DNA from: an uncultured Candidatus Saccharibacteria bacterium
GTDB lineage: Bacteria; Patescibacteriota; Minisyncoccia; 2-01-FULL-47-10; JBBTYX01
NCBI GenBank assembly: GCA_964436845.1
Contig: CAYTEF010000001.1
Coordinates: 1 to 49,920, forward strand
Length of the DNA: 49,920 nt
Reading direction: 5' to 3'
Shown: piece after piece, positions 36,660 through 46,411 of the stretch
How positions within the stretch are numbered: position 1 is the stretch's first letter
Layout: each line of letters opens with the position of its first letter
Program-made: the position numbers and the translations under genes
The notes under the pieces: model-generated
What the model was told of the DNA's origin: nothing
Databases searched by the model: none
What the model saw: only the letters and a program-made list of their open reading frames with translations

Positions 36660-37610
36660 ATGGAAACCCCCATGTTTAGCGTGTGTATTCCCACGTATAA
36701 TAGGGCACGCTCACTTAGGCGCGCTCTCAAAAGTGCCGTCAGCCAAAACGTTGAAAACTATGAGATTATCGTCTCTGATAATGATTCGCGCGATGAAACA
36801 AAGAAGGTGACGGAGAGCTTTGGAGCATCTAAAATTAAGTACTGGAAAAATCCTTCAAATATAGGCATGGTTGGAAACTGGAATCAGGTGTTAAAGCTTG
36901 CGAAAGGGGAGTATGTTGCATTTCTCTTTGATGATGATGAATTTGCTACCTCCCATTTAAGAGAAGCTTCGAAAGTATTGAAAGCGCACCCGAGCGTAGG
37001 AATATATGCCGTAGGTAACCAATTTCATAAACTTCCCCGAACCGGCTTATTAAAGGCGAGAGACTACTTTGCCTACGCGTACCACATGAAATGGGTCAGC
37101 ACTCCTTCTGAAACGATTGTAAAACGAACTCATGGAGGAAAACGATACGAAATCAATGAGCGTTATCAATACTGTCCGGAAGTGGAGTTATATTTAGAGA
37201 TAGCCGGTGATGGATTTGACGCCTATCTAAGCCATCTCCAAACGGTATTGCGCAAGGGAGACGAAACGGCAAACAATCGCCAAAAAGCCCTTACATGGAT
37301 TCCTTTTGGGGATAAGTTCAAAATCATTAAGAAATATAGGAGGCATCCTTATATTGATGAAAAACAGTTTACAAAGGCATTCAGATTCAATCTCGCAAAC
37401 GCATTCAAAACATACGTGGAGGCGAAACTGCAAAAAAAGGGTGAACCAGAAAAAATATTCAAAGGAATTCGCAATGTAGCAAAAAAAGAATTCCCTTTAA
37501 CGTATGGGGCGCTATGCCTTGGAAAAGGAATTACCGATATCGTAAGCATGCTCAACATCATTGATAGCTCAAGGGCTAAAAAATTATATCACCTTATCAA
37601 ATACTCTTAA
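36660..37610 (+). CDS. Glycosyltransferase family 2
   Basis: FSVCIPTYNRARSLRRAL, IIVSDNDSRDET and LFDDDE (DxD). Confidence 0.75.
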   Translation: METPMFSVCIPTYNRARSLRRALKSAVSQNVENYEIIVSDNDSRDETKKVTESFGASKIKYWKNPSNIGMVGNWNQVLKLAKGEYVAFLFDDDEFATSHLREASKVLKAHPSVGIYAVGNQFHKLPRTGLLKARDYFAYAYHMKWVSTPSETIVKRTHGGKRYEINERYQYCPEVELYLEIAGDGFDAYLSHLQTVLRKGDETANNRQKALTWIPFGDKFKIIKKYRRHPYIDEKQFTKAFRFNLANAFKTYVEAKLQKKGEPEKIFKGIRNVAKKEFPLTYGALCLGKGITDIVSMLNIIDSSRAKKLYHLIKYS

Positions 37611-37626
37611 CGGTAATCCATTTTTT

Positions 37627-38664
37627 ATGAAGAACAACCACACGTTTATCATCGCCGAGATGGCATGGGCGCATGATGGTTCACTGGACCTCGCGCGACA
37701 AATTATCAAAGGCGCCTCTGACGCAAGGGCGGATGCGATAAGTGTCCATATCACCAACATGCCCGCGTATATGGTGCGAAACTACAAATCGTTAGCGGGC
37801 CAAACGCTTTCGGAAGGAAGAGAGGACGTTGATATTTACGGGTATCAGGATAAAATAAATATCAAAGACAAAGACTGGGGTCCTTTATTCAGATATGCGA
37901 GAAACTTAGGACTTAAGGTATGCGCGATGACCAACGATCTTGCGAGTGTCGCGTTATGCCAGAAATTAAAACCCGAGATGTACGCGATTCATGCCTCATG
38001 CTTCTTGGAAGAAGATTTAATTCGCGAGGTGGGAAAGCAAAAAAAACCGGTTGTATTACGTATTGGCGGCGCTACGCTTGGCGAAATTGAGTGGGTCATT
38101 CGCCTCTTGAAAGAAGAGGGATCGGGCGAGATTATTCTACTCCATGGCATCCAGCTTTATCCCACCACCATTGAAGATCACCATTTGAACCTTATCCCCT
38201 CTCTTAAAACCATATTTGGCGTTACGGTGGGGGTGGCAGATCACGTGGACGCAAACTCCCCCTTTAACCTCATCATGCCGCTTTTGGCAATCCCCTTAGG
38301 AGCGACCGTCATTGAAAAGCATATTACCCATAACAGAGCCCTCAAAGGAGAAGATTCGGAATCAGCACTCAATCCTGATGAATTCAAGACATTTGTTTTG
38401 AACGTGAGGAATACCGAGAAAGCGTTGGGGGAGGATCGCTTCAGAGAACTTTCCAAGGCGGAGATAACCTATCGGGGGGTTTCAAGGAAAAAAACCGTGG
38501 CAACAAAAAATATAAAGAAGGGCGAGATTATTAAAAAATCTTCCTTTACCGCAAAGCGCTCTGATGAAGGCATGCCGCCCAATGAGACCCATTTGATTAT
38601 AGGAAGAAAAACGAAGCGCGACATTAAGAAAGACGAGGGCATTACGTGGGAGAAAATAAGGTAA
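37627..38664 (+). CDS. NeuB-family nonulosonic/sialic acid synthase-like protein (paralogue 1, divergent)
   Basis: FIIAEMAWAHDGSLDLARQII, VGVADHV and a C-terminal SAF-like domain (KKTVATKNIKKGEIIKKSSF). ATG 37627 is preferred over 37561. Confidence 0.7.
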   Translation: MKNNHTFIIAEMAWAHDGSLDLARQIIKGASDARADAISVHITNMPAYMVRNYKSLAGQTLSEGREDVDIYGYQDKINIKDKDWGPLFRYARNLGLKVCAMTNDLASVALCQKLKPEMYAIHASCFLEEDLIREVGKQKKPVVLRIGGATLGEIEWVIRLLKEEGSGEIILLHGIQLYPTTIEDHHLNLIPSLKTIFGVTVGVADHVDANSPFNLIMPLLAIPLGATVIEKHITHNRALKGEDSESALNPDEFKTFVLNVRNTEKALGEDRFRELSKAEITYRGVSRKKTVATKNIKKGEIIKKSSFTAKRSDEGMPPNETHLIIGRKTKRDIKKDEGITWEKIR

Positions 38665-39417
38665 ATGTTTATGAAAACAGCGATATTTATTACCGCGCGA
38701 ACTAAATCAACCCGGCTTCCCAAAAAGGTATTGCTTGAGATTAAAGGGAGGAAAGTGATTGAGCATTTAATTGACCGTGTCAAACTTGCAAAACTGCCCG
38801 ATCTTATCGTGCTTTGCACTTCCACGAATCCCAACGACGCTCCCCTTATTGATATCGCAAAAAAGGAGGGCATTAGCTATTTTGCCGGAAGTGAAGACGA
38901 CGTGTTAGAGCGTTTTTCAAAAGCGGCTGACAAGTTCGGCCTTGATTTTTTAGTGGTCACGTGGGGGGATGAGCTTTTCTGCGATCCGGAATATATTGAT
39001 AAAATGATTGAGTTCTATAAAAAGACGAACGCCGATTTTATTACCTGTGATGAGCTTCCCTTGGGGACGTTTACCTACGGGTTAAAAGTGGACGCGTTGA
39101 AAAAGGTATGCGCAAGTAAAACAAAAACCGATACCGAAGTATGGGGCGGATATTTTAGGCAAAATAAGATGTTTGCCGTGCGAACATTGCCGGTGGATGA
39201 TTCTGAACTTAGGCATCCGGAAGTGCGCATTACCCTTGATTATCCGGAAGATTTTGAACTGGTGAAAGAAATTTTCAATCGGCTCTACAAGAAAGGGGAG
39301 GTATTCAGTTTGCGGGAGATTTTGCGATTACTCAAAGACCATCCCGAATTGGCCGAAATCAACAGACACTGCCAGGAACTCTATGAAAAACGCATAAAAG
39401 AACAGGGAAAGCTATGA
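38665..39417 (+). CDS. Acylneuraminate cytidylyltransferase family protein (SpsF/NeuA-like)
   Basis: AIFITARTKSTRLPKKVL N-terminal nucleotide-binding motif, followed by GSEDDVLERF. Confidence 0.72.
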   Translation: MFMKTAIFITARTKSTRLPKKVLLEIKGRKVIEHLIDRVKLAKLPDLIVLCTSTNPNDAPLIDIAKKEGISYFAGSEDDVLERFSKAADKFGLDFLVVTWGDELFCDPEYIDKMIEFYKKTNADFITCDELPLGTFTYGLKVDALKKVCASKTKTDTEVWGGYFRQNKMFAVRTLPVDDSELRHPEVRITLDYPEDFELVKEIFNRLYKKGEVFSLREILRLLKDHPELAEINRHCQELYEKRIKEQGKL

Positions 39418-40148
39418 ATGCGCTCAAGGAAAAAACTATTGTCATTACCGGCGGAGCGGGCCTTTTAGGTCAGGCGTTTTCGCGCGCGTGCGCGCAAGAA
39501 GGGGCCAATGTTGTTATCGCCGAAGTAACGGAAGGAAAGGGAGAGTACGAGAAATGCGACATCACGAATTTGGGCGATATTCAATCACTCATAAAAAAAA
39601 CTCTCAAACGATTTGGAAAAATAGACGCGCTCGTTAATAACGCCTTCCCGCGAAACAAACATTACGGGAGAAAGTTTGAGGACGTTACCTATGAAGACTT
39701 TTGTGAAAATGTGAATATGAACCTGGGAGGGTATTTTCTCATGACCAAAGAGGCGGCAAAAGAGATGATGAAGCAAAAACAGGGAAATATCGTCAACATT
39801 GCATCCATTTATGGAACGTTCGCCCCAAAGTTTGACATCTATGAAGGAACTGACATGACATCGGCCGTTGAATACGCGGCGATTAAGGGAGGGGTGGTAC
39901 AAATGACACGATATTTAGCCTCTTATCTTGGCAAATATAATATAAGGGTCAACGCAATTTCCCCGGGCGGCGTGTTTGATAACCAAGATTCTGTCTTTGT
40001 GAAAAACTATTCAGAGCGCGTTTTGCTGGGCAAACGCATGGCTTCGCCCGAAGATATTACGGGAATCCTTCTCTTTTTACTCTCTGATGCCTCAAGCTAC
40101 GTAACCGGCCAAAACATTGTCGTTGACGGCGGATGGCATCTTTCCTAA
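39414..40148 (+). CDS. Short-chain dehydrogenase/reductase (classical SDR)
   Basis: ITGGAGLLG, NNAF and YAAIKGG (YxxxK). ATGA overlap with the upstream gene. Confidence 0.75.
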   Translation: MNALKEKTIVITGGAGLLGQAFSRACAQEGANVVIAEVTEGKGEYEKCDITNLGDIQSLIKKTLKRFGKIDALVNNAFPRNKHYGRKFEDVTYEDFCENVNMNLGGYFLMTKEAAKEMMKQKQGNIVNIASIYGTFAPKFDIYEGTDMTSAVEYAAIKGGVVQMTRYLASYLGKYNIRVNAISPGGVFDNQDSVFVKNYSERVLLGKRMASPEDITGILLFLLSDASSYVTGQNIVVDGGWHLS

Positions 40149-40157
40149 GGCATCTTC

Positions 40158-41303
40158 ATGGGAGCCATATATTCTAATAAAAACGTGCGGGCTATCTCGC
40201 TGGGGTTCTTTTTTATTTTCTTTGGATTTGACGCCAGTCAGCAATACCTCATTCCCCTTTTGAAATTAGAGGGCAAAGAAGAGATGGCATTCACTTCGCT
40301 CTTACTCATTTATGGCGCATTTCTGCTAAGCGGTCTTATAGCTCCCAACCTCATCCCGAAATTAGGATTGAAGAAATCACTTTTTTTGGGGAGTGCGGCT
40401 TACGTTTTATTTATTCTAAGCCTTACCACGCTTCACGAACCCATCATCTACGCAAGCGCTATTATAGTCGGAATCGGGGCTGGGTTCTTATGGAACGCTT
40501 CCGGACAAATCATTGCCGCGGCCTCTGGCGCGCATACCCTTGGGAGTAATCTTGGTTTGCAGTACTCGTCTCTCTTGCTGGGAGCGATGGCGGGAGTGGG
40601 AACAGGCGCTCTTTTGGTATCGCGCATTTCCTTTGAAGGGCTTTTTCTTTTCTTTGCGCTTGCAGCCGGTCTTGGATCACTTTTCTTATTGCAGGTAGAG
40701 GATCTGCCGCCGACGCAACCCGATAGAAAATGGCGCATAGGCTATGTATTCCATAAAAAGTTTCTTTTGCTCTTCCCCCTTGTATTTGCCGGCTATTTTC
40801 TCATCGCGCACACATTTACTGCTATAAACTTGGTCATTCTTAATTTATTTGGGCTTACGTGGGTGGGCATTCTTTCCACGATGCTTAAAATAACCATCGT
40901 GGCCGGAGCCCTTGTCATTGGCAAAATTTCTGATATCTATCAAAAAGAAAAAATTCTTTATGTTCTCCTCTTGACAGCAATAATAGGAATAGCGCTCTTT
41001 TTATTGGGCAAGACCGTTATCGTTTTTGCGCTGGGAATAATATTCATCGGACTTTTTATTTCGTCCGTTTATCCGCTCACATTATCGCTTTTGAAGGAAG
41101 CGAGCTCAAAAGAAGAATTTCAATTTGCCTTGGGAAGTTTCCATGTATATCTTACCATAGCTGTCCTTTCTTCCATCGGGCTTTCCTCTGCCATTGATCC
41201 AAAATTAAGTTTCGCGCCCGCCCTCCTTGCCATAGTTCTTGCCTTCCCCGCGCTCCAATTGTTCAAGAAACAGAATCTCAAAAAAGCAGAGGGCGCGGAA
41301 TAA
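40158..41303 (+). CDS. Polytopic membrane protein, MFS-transporter-like
   Basis: 381 aa and highly hydrophobic, with about 10-12 helices. No catalytic motif was recognised. Confidence 0.55.
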   Translation: MGAIYSNKNVRAISLGFFFIFFGFDASQQYLIPLLKLEGKEEMAFTSLLLIYGAFLLSGLIAPNLIPKLGLKKSLFLGSAAYVLFILSLTTLHEPIIYASAIIVGIGAGFLWNASGQIIAAASGAHTLGSNLGLQYSSLLLGAMAGVGTGALLVSRISFEGLFLFFALAAGLGSLFLLQVEDLPPTQPDRKWRIGYVFHKKFLLLFPLVFAGYFLIAHTFTAINLVILNLFGLTWVGILSTMLKITIVAGALVIGKISDIYQKEKILYVLLLTAIIGIALFLLGKTVIVFALGIIFIGLFISSVYPLTLSLLKEASSKEEFQFALGSFHVYLTIAVLSSIGLSSAIDPKLSFAPALLAIVLAFPALQLFKKQNLKKAEGAE

Positions 41304-41315
41304 TCTGCGCCCTCT
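41288..41315. terminator. Hairpin between convergent genes
   Basis: AGAGGGCGC (41288-41296) pairs with GCGCCCTCT (41307-41315). The TAA stop of the upstream plus-strand gene lies in the loop. Confidence 0.55.
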
Positions 41316-41329
41316 TAAATTTCTTCCTC

Positions 41330-42130
41330 CTATTTATATATTTCCCGTAAATCTCCCTTGGTCCAACTCGGATCCCATAGGGCGCGGATATAGCCACAAT
41401 CAACGACAATATCCTGCCCGGTTATCCCACTACTCGCTTTGGACAAGAGAAATAAAACGGTATCCGCCACCTCCTCTGGCTCAACGCTTCTCCCAAGAGG
41501 CGTGCGCCCCTCAAAGCGCCTCATCAGTTCCTTTGCCTCCCCTTCCCTATATTGAGCTTTGTTTCTTTCCGTATTTACATTCCCCGGGGAGACCATATTC
41601 ACCCGAATCCCCATCGGTGCAAGAGTCGTGGCATAAGCTACAGTCATCCCCCAAACCGCTCCTTTTGCCGCGGTGTAGAGGACGACTTCTGGGGCTGCCA
41701 TCAAAAGTTCAATGGATCCCATGTTTACGATAGAACCTCCTTTTCTCATTAAGGGATGACATGCCTCAGTGGGAACAAAGGTGGTCTGCGCATGCGCCCT
41801 CATCATTTTATGCCATGCATCTAAGTTCCTTCCGCCGTGAGACGCATCCCCTCCAAGCAATCCCGCATTGTTGACCAAGCCATGGAGAAAAAGGTTTTTT
41901 CTCGAGAGTTCGTCCCAAAAAATTTTTTCCATGGCTTGCCAATCCGCCGCGTCGTTTTGGAAAAATCGCAGATTGTCGTGTGTAACTTGCTTCTCTAATT
42001 CTGAACCATTAAAAGGTTCAGTGTCTACGGCAATAACAGAGGCTCCTTGGTCAAGGAGGCGAATCACTAAAGCCGCTCCGATGCCATTAGCCCCTCCGGA
42101 TACCATCACTATTTTCCCTTCAAATTCCAT
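41330..42130 (-). CDS. Short-chain dehydrogenase/reductase
   Basis: ATG 42130 is preceded by AGGAGG. Motifs are VSGGANGIGAAL, NNAG and YTAAKGA (YxxxK). Confidence 0.75.
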   Translation of the reverse strand: MEFEGKIVMVSGGANGIGAALVIRLLDQGASVIAVDTEPFNGSELEKQVTHDNLRFFQNDAADWQAMEKIFWDELSRKNLFLHGLVNNAGLLGGDASHGGRNLDAWHKMMRAHAQTTFVPTEACHPLMRKGGSIVNMGSIELLMAAPEVVLYTAAKGAVWGMTVAYATTLAPMGIRVNMVSPGNVNTERNKAQYREGEAKELMRRFEGRTPLGRSVEPEEVADTVLFLLSKASSGITGQDIVVDCGYIRALWDPSWTKGDLREIYK

Positions 42131-42186
42131 ACCTTTCCTCCTTGAGAAAGGGTGGCCGCTCCTTGAAGTGGCCACCCAAAGTTTTT

Positions 42187-43275
42187 TCAAATGGGTTTCA
42201 GAATGAGATAGGAAATTTGCTCTCGGATGGGAAGTTGCGTTTCTTCCTCCGTGAGCGTCTCCATGAGCGCGCGCTCAACACGTTTCCCCATGTCAAGTTT
42301 TACTTGAAAAGGGAGGTCTATTTCTCCTAATAACATGGGGAGCGCCACAAGGCATTCATCCACCGGGTTGCTGGGCGAGACAGACTCAACGTAGTCTATC
42401 CTCTTCAAATCAAATCCTCCGGCTTTCATAAGAGAAGGCAGTTGACTTGTTTTGAATAGATGAACTCGTTGAGGCACCTCGCGTTCAATCCCGCATTCTT
42501 CTTTGAGAATGCGATTGAATGCTTCGTGAAATTTAATGAAGACAGGGTGCGCCACGAACGCGTTTTTCTCAATGTCGCGCTCGCGCACAGGGTCATCGTC
42601 AAAGGTAACGAAGTCTTCCGGTTCCACCATGATGACTAATCCTGTTGGCGCAAGAACTGACCTAAGGGGTAAAAGCGCGTCGCGGCAGGCGCGGCGGAGT
42701 ATCTCATCTTCCTCAATAGCTTCTTCATCTGCTATCGTTTCGCGCCGTTCTTGCACAGGCCAGTGCAGGTAGTTATTTCCCAGGATTACATCTACCTCGC
42801 CAGCTTCCCCTTGTTCTAAATATAACCCATCACGAAGGAGGCGACGCAATATTCCTCCTTGCCTGCGAAAAGTTCCTGTTTGAAACGCCTGCCTCATCCA
42901 CTTCAGATGCCGCAAGGTTGGAGCGAAGAATTTTCCGAGAATTTTATCAGCTTGCCTTTCTCCCAGCCAATATCCGATATTGTCATCGGAAAAGAGCACC
43001 TGTTGCAACAACTCCATCATTCCCTTGGAACGATCCACGGCTACGATTTCTCGCGGGGAAAAATTAGCCATAGCCATGGCGGTAGTACCATAACCGCATC
43101 CAATATCCATGACTCTTTTTTGAAAGAGACCATGATACGCATGCGCCAGGGAAGCGGCTACCGTTGCCATGCGCACAAAGCCTCCGTTTACGGGCGTTTC
43201 AGCCGCGTAGAGCGCCGGATAGGCTGTTTCAAAGATATCTCGAGCGTCCTGTCCTTGTTCAACCTTATTAGACAT
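42187..43275 (-). CDS. SAM-dependent methyltransferase with a long C-terminal extension
   Basis: Motif I VMDIGCGYGTTAM. ATG 43275 has an upstream GAGGAG, and the ORF-track start at 43308 is also possible. Confidence 0.68.
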   Translation of the reverse strand: MSNKVEQGQDARDIFETAYPALYAAETPVNGGFVRMATVAASLAHAYHGLFQKRVMDIGCGYGTTAMAMANFSPREIVAVDRSKGMMELLQQVLFSDDNIGYWLGERQADKILGKFFAPTLRHLKWMRQAFQTGTFRRQGGILRRLLRDGLYLEQGEAGEVDVILGNNYLHWPVQERRETIADEEAIEEDEILRRACRDALLPLRSVLAPTGLVIMVEPEDFVTFDDDPVRERDIEKNAFVAHPVFIKFHEAFNRILKEECGIEREVPQRVHLFKTSQLPSLMKAGGFDLKRIDYVESVSPSNPVDECLVALPMLLGEIDLPFQVKLDMGKRVERALMETLTEEETQLPIREQISYLILKPI

Positions 43276-43454
43276 ATCGCTTCTTCTCCTCTCTGGCAAC
43301 TCGGGCAAAAGCCCTACAGGTTATTTCAATGTGCTTATGAATTGGTTTTATCATACGCCTATATAGCAAATCTGTCAATATTGTAGAAAAAGTAAAAATA
43401 TGCTATTAATCACTCCGTTGCAAGTGGGCTAATGAAGACGAAAGGAGAAATGGT

Positions 43455-43925
43455 ATGGAATATCTCTGGCGCTTAACACGGGTCCCGATCGGTGAGGAAA
43501 TCAAAAAGCACTTTGATCCAGACCCAGCATCGGTCGTTGCCTACCGGCTTGACCTCTTTCAATCGAGCCCGGTAGCAATCAAGCCGTGGCAGGTTGGCAT
43601 ATTTTCATTCATGATTAAAGGTATGACTCTGCTCGGTTGTCAGCTTACGCTTGACACTGAGCTCACGATCGAAAAGTTTTACGAAGCCCTAAGGATGACC
43701 TCTGAAAGGATGCCCTCTGAATTGTCAGAGGATCTCCGAAATCTTTTGCTCTCTACTCAACCAAAGGCCTTGTTGGCGTTGAAAAGCGAGAGCATGCGCC
43801 TTGCTAAATTCGACTTCCTTTCGGAAGAGAAAAGGGGTCGAATCGAGGAGGAAGGCAAAATTCGAGATCTCGCGCATGGGCTCCTTGAACTCGATCGGCG
43901 GATGATGGATAAGGCAGAGTTCTAG
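43455..43925 (+). CDS. Hypothetical protein (156 aa)
   Basis: ORF preceded by AAAGGAGA 7 nt upstream. No domain was recognised. A strong hairpin follows. Confidence 0.5.
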   Translation: MEYLWRLTRVPIGEEIKKHFDPDPASVVAYRLDLFQSSPVAIKPWQVGIFSFMIKGMTLLGCQLTLDTELTIEKFYEALRMTSERMPSELSEDLRNLLLSTQPKALLALKSESMRLAKFDFLSEEKRGRIEEEGKIRDLAHGLLELDRRMMDKAEF

Positions 43926-43968
43926 TAGGGTAAATGAAATTGAGCGAATAGCCCACTTGCTTCTTTTA

Positions 43969-43995
43969 CGGGTGTCACTCGAGGAGTGACACCCG
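43969..43995 (+). terminator. Perfect 12-bp hairpin downstream of the 43455 ORF
   Basis: CGGGTGTCACTC-GAG-GAGTGACACCCG. The downstream T-tract is weak (TTCATTCTT). Confidence 0.45.
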
Positions 43996-44055
43996 TTCAT
44001 TCTTAAATAGACCTTGCTTGAGGGATAAAATAATGATACCTTTAACGCAAATACT

Positions 44056-45375
44056 ATGCTAAATAAAGCAAAGAAAGGCATTGCGTTATGGAATAAAGCA
44101 AAAACGATTATCCCCGGGGGCACCCAGCTTCTCTCAAAACGGCCGGAGCGTTTTTTACCCGACCAATGGCCTTCCTACTTCAAAAAGGCGAAGGGAGTTG
44201 ATGTATGGGATTTGGATGGCAATCACTTTATTGACATGTCCCTTATGGGTGTGGGTTCTTGTATTTTGGGATACGCGGACGCAAACGTAAATCAGGCGGT
44301 CAAAAAGGTGATTGATTCGGGTTCCATGTGCACCCTCAATTCGCCCGAGGAAGTGGAGTTGGCAAAATTACTTTTGGAACTCCATTCCTGGGCGGGCATG
44401 GCGCGTTTTGCAAGGAGCGGGGGAGAGGCAATGGCAATTGCGGTGAGAATCGCAAGAGCATATACCGGAAAGGAAAAAGTCGCCTTTTGTGGGTATCATG
44501 GTTGGCACGATTGGTATTTGGCAGCAAATTTAGCGAATAAACGAAACCTTGACGGCCAACTCCTTCCCGGACTCAAGCCGCTTGGCGTCCCCCGGGCGTT
44601 AAGGGGAACTTCAATTCCCTTTCGCTATAATCAGATTCATGAATTAGAACGCATTATGAAAGCGAATGATGTTGGCGTTATTATTTTAGAGACGATGCGG
44701 GAGCATGAACCGGAAAATAATTTTTTGGAGAAGGTGCGCGCCATTGCCAATAAAAGCAAAGCTGTTCTTATATTTGACGAAATCACGACCGGATGGAGGG
44801 CGAGTCTTGGCGGGGTATTTCAACTCTATAAGGTTAATCCCGACATCGTCGTCTATGCAAAGGCGATAAGCAATGGCTTCCCCATGGCGGCGATTGTGGG
44901 AAGGAAAACGGTAATGGACGTTGCTCAAGAAAGTTTCATCTCAAGCACCTCATGGACGGAGCGGGTAGGTCCGGCCGCAGCGCTTGCCACCATAAAAAAA
45001 CTACGCAAGCAAGGCACGGCTAACCACTTACAAAGGATTGGGAAAATGGTAAAAGAAGGATGGAAAGAGTCAGCAAAAAAACATGCTTTGCATATGAGCA
45101 TTGTGGGCATTGATCCCCTTCCGACATTTGCCTTTAATCACGGGGATGAAAGTAAAGCATTGCATACCCTCTTTACGCAAGAAATGCTCAAGCGCGGGTT
45201 TCTCGCCTCAAAAATGGTGTACCTTAGTAATGCCCATAAGCTCTCTCATATCAAAAAATATCTAAAGAGCGCGGACGAGGTATTTTCGCTCATTCGCAAG
45301 GCCATTGATGAGCGCAAGGTAACATCACTCCTGCACGGCCCTCTTGCCTCCGATGATTTCAAGCGGCTCACATGA
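44056..45375 (+). CDS. Class-III PLP aminotransferase (glutamate-1-semialdehyde aminomutase-like)
   Basis: Motifs FARSGGEAMAIAVRIAR, IFDEITTGWR and VYAKAISNGFP (Schiff-base Lys), in a HemL-like arrangement. Confidence 0.78.
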   Translation: MLNKAKKGIALWNKAKTIIPGGTQLLSKRPERFLPDQWPSYFKKAKGVDVWDLDGNHFIDMSLMGVGSCILGYADANVNQAVKKVIDSGSMCTLNSPEEVELAKLLLELHSWAGMARFARSGGEAMAIAVRIARAYTGKEKVAFCGYHGWHDWYLAANLANKRNLDGQLLPGLKPLGVPRALRGTSIPFRYNQIHELERIMKANDVGVIILETMREHEPENNFLEKVRAIANKSKAVLIFDEITTGWRASLGGVFQLYKVNPDIVVYAKAISNGFPMAAIVGRKTVMDVAQESFISSTSWTERVGPAAALATIKKLRKQGTANHLQRIGKMVKEGWKESAKKHALHMSIVGIDPLPTFAFNHGDESKALHTLFTQEMLKRGFLASKMVYLSNAHKLSHIKKYLKSADEVFSLIRKAIDERKVTSLLHGPLASDDFKRLT

Positions 45376-46403
45376 AGAACATAAAATCTCCGTTTGCGAA
45401 AATCATTAAAAACAAAAGAATCCTTGTCACGGGCGGTACCGGGTCTATTGGAAGCGCCTTAGTAAAAAAACTTTTGGCATATGAACCAGGCGTCGTTCGC
45501 ATTTTATCGCGGGACGCCGGAAAACAAATAGAACTCCAAAACGAGCTTGCCCATCATGCAAACATTCGCTTCCTCTTAGGAGATGTGAGGGACATTGACC
45601 GCCTCATGATGGCATCCGAAGATATTGATATTATTTTTCATGCGGCGGCATTCAAGCATATCCCTCAAGGTGAGTATAATCCCTTTGAGGTTATACAAAC
45701 GAACGTCATCGGCACTCAAAACCTTATTACCGTCTCGCTAAAAATCCCCAGCGTCACCCATTTTGTGATGATCTCCACCGACAAAGCGGTTGAGCCGACA
45801 AACACCATGGGCGCCTCAAAGCTCCTTGCCGAGCGGCTGGTAAGCGCTACTCACTATATGAAGGGCAAAAAGAATAAAATCTTTACCACCGTGAGACTTG
45901 GCAATGTTCTTGGCACCTCCGGGTCTGTCTTATCTCTCTTTGCAAAACAGGCAAAGGGAGGGACTATTCTTCTCACCCATCCTCAAATGGTGCGCTTCTT
46001 CATGACCCTATCCGATGCTGTTAATCTCATTCTTGAGGCTTTGGCTCTGGCGCGAGGAGGGGAAATATTCGTGGCAAAGATGCCGTCACTTTCTATAAAA
46101 GACTTGGCGGAGGTTTATGCGAAACATATTTCCCACCCGCCCCTTTCAATCAAAGTGGATAAAGTGCGAACGGGTGAAAAACTTAATGAATCGCTTTTAA
46201 GTCCGCAGGAAGCACTCTATGCTCTTGAAACGCCCCATCTCTATATCATCATACCGCAAGTGGAAACGGAAGGCGTTAGCATGAAAAATTATTCCTACCC
46301 GTCGGCAAAACCCTTAACGTCTCATTCTTATGACAGCACGAACGCTCAAAAACTTTCTCAAGATGAGATAATAAGCCTTCTCAAGCGCGCCCAGAAGGAG
46401 TAA
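45372..46403 (+). CDS. UDP-GlcNAc 4,6-dehydratase family (PseB/FlaA1/CapD-like)
   Basis: ILVTGGTGSIGSAL, GDVRD, HAAAFKHIP, ISTDKAVEPTNTMGASK and VRLGNVLGTSGSV. Confidence 0.8.
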   Translation: MKNIKSPFAKIIKNKRILVTGGTGSIGSALVKKLLAYEPGVVRILSRDAGKQIELQNELAHHANIRFLLGDVRDIDRLMMASEDIDIIFHAAAFKHIPQGEYNPFEVIQTNVIGTQNLITVSLKIPSVTHFVMISTDKAVEPTNTMGASKLLAERLVSATHYMKGKKNKIFTTVRLGNVLGTSGSVLSLFAKQAKGGTILLTHPQMVRFFMTLSDAVNLILEALALARGGEIFVAKMPSLSIKDLAEVYAKHISHPPLSIKVDKVRTGEKLNESLLSPQEALYALETPHLYIIIPQVETEGVSMKNYSYPSAKPLTSHSYDSTNAQKLSQDEIISLLKRAQKE

Positions 46404-46411
46404 CAAAAATT

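Noticed and set aside
41239-41733. A 164-aa plus-strand ORF rich in Pro, Ser and Arg.
   Set aside because: It lies antisense to the SDR gene 41330..42130, which has canonical TGxxxGxG and YxxxK motifs and a strong RBS.
42859-43386. A 175-aa plus-strand ORF.
   Set aside because: It lies antisense to the methyltransferase gene, which has a clear SAM-binding motif. It has no independent support.
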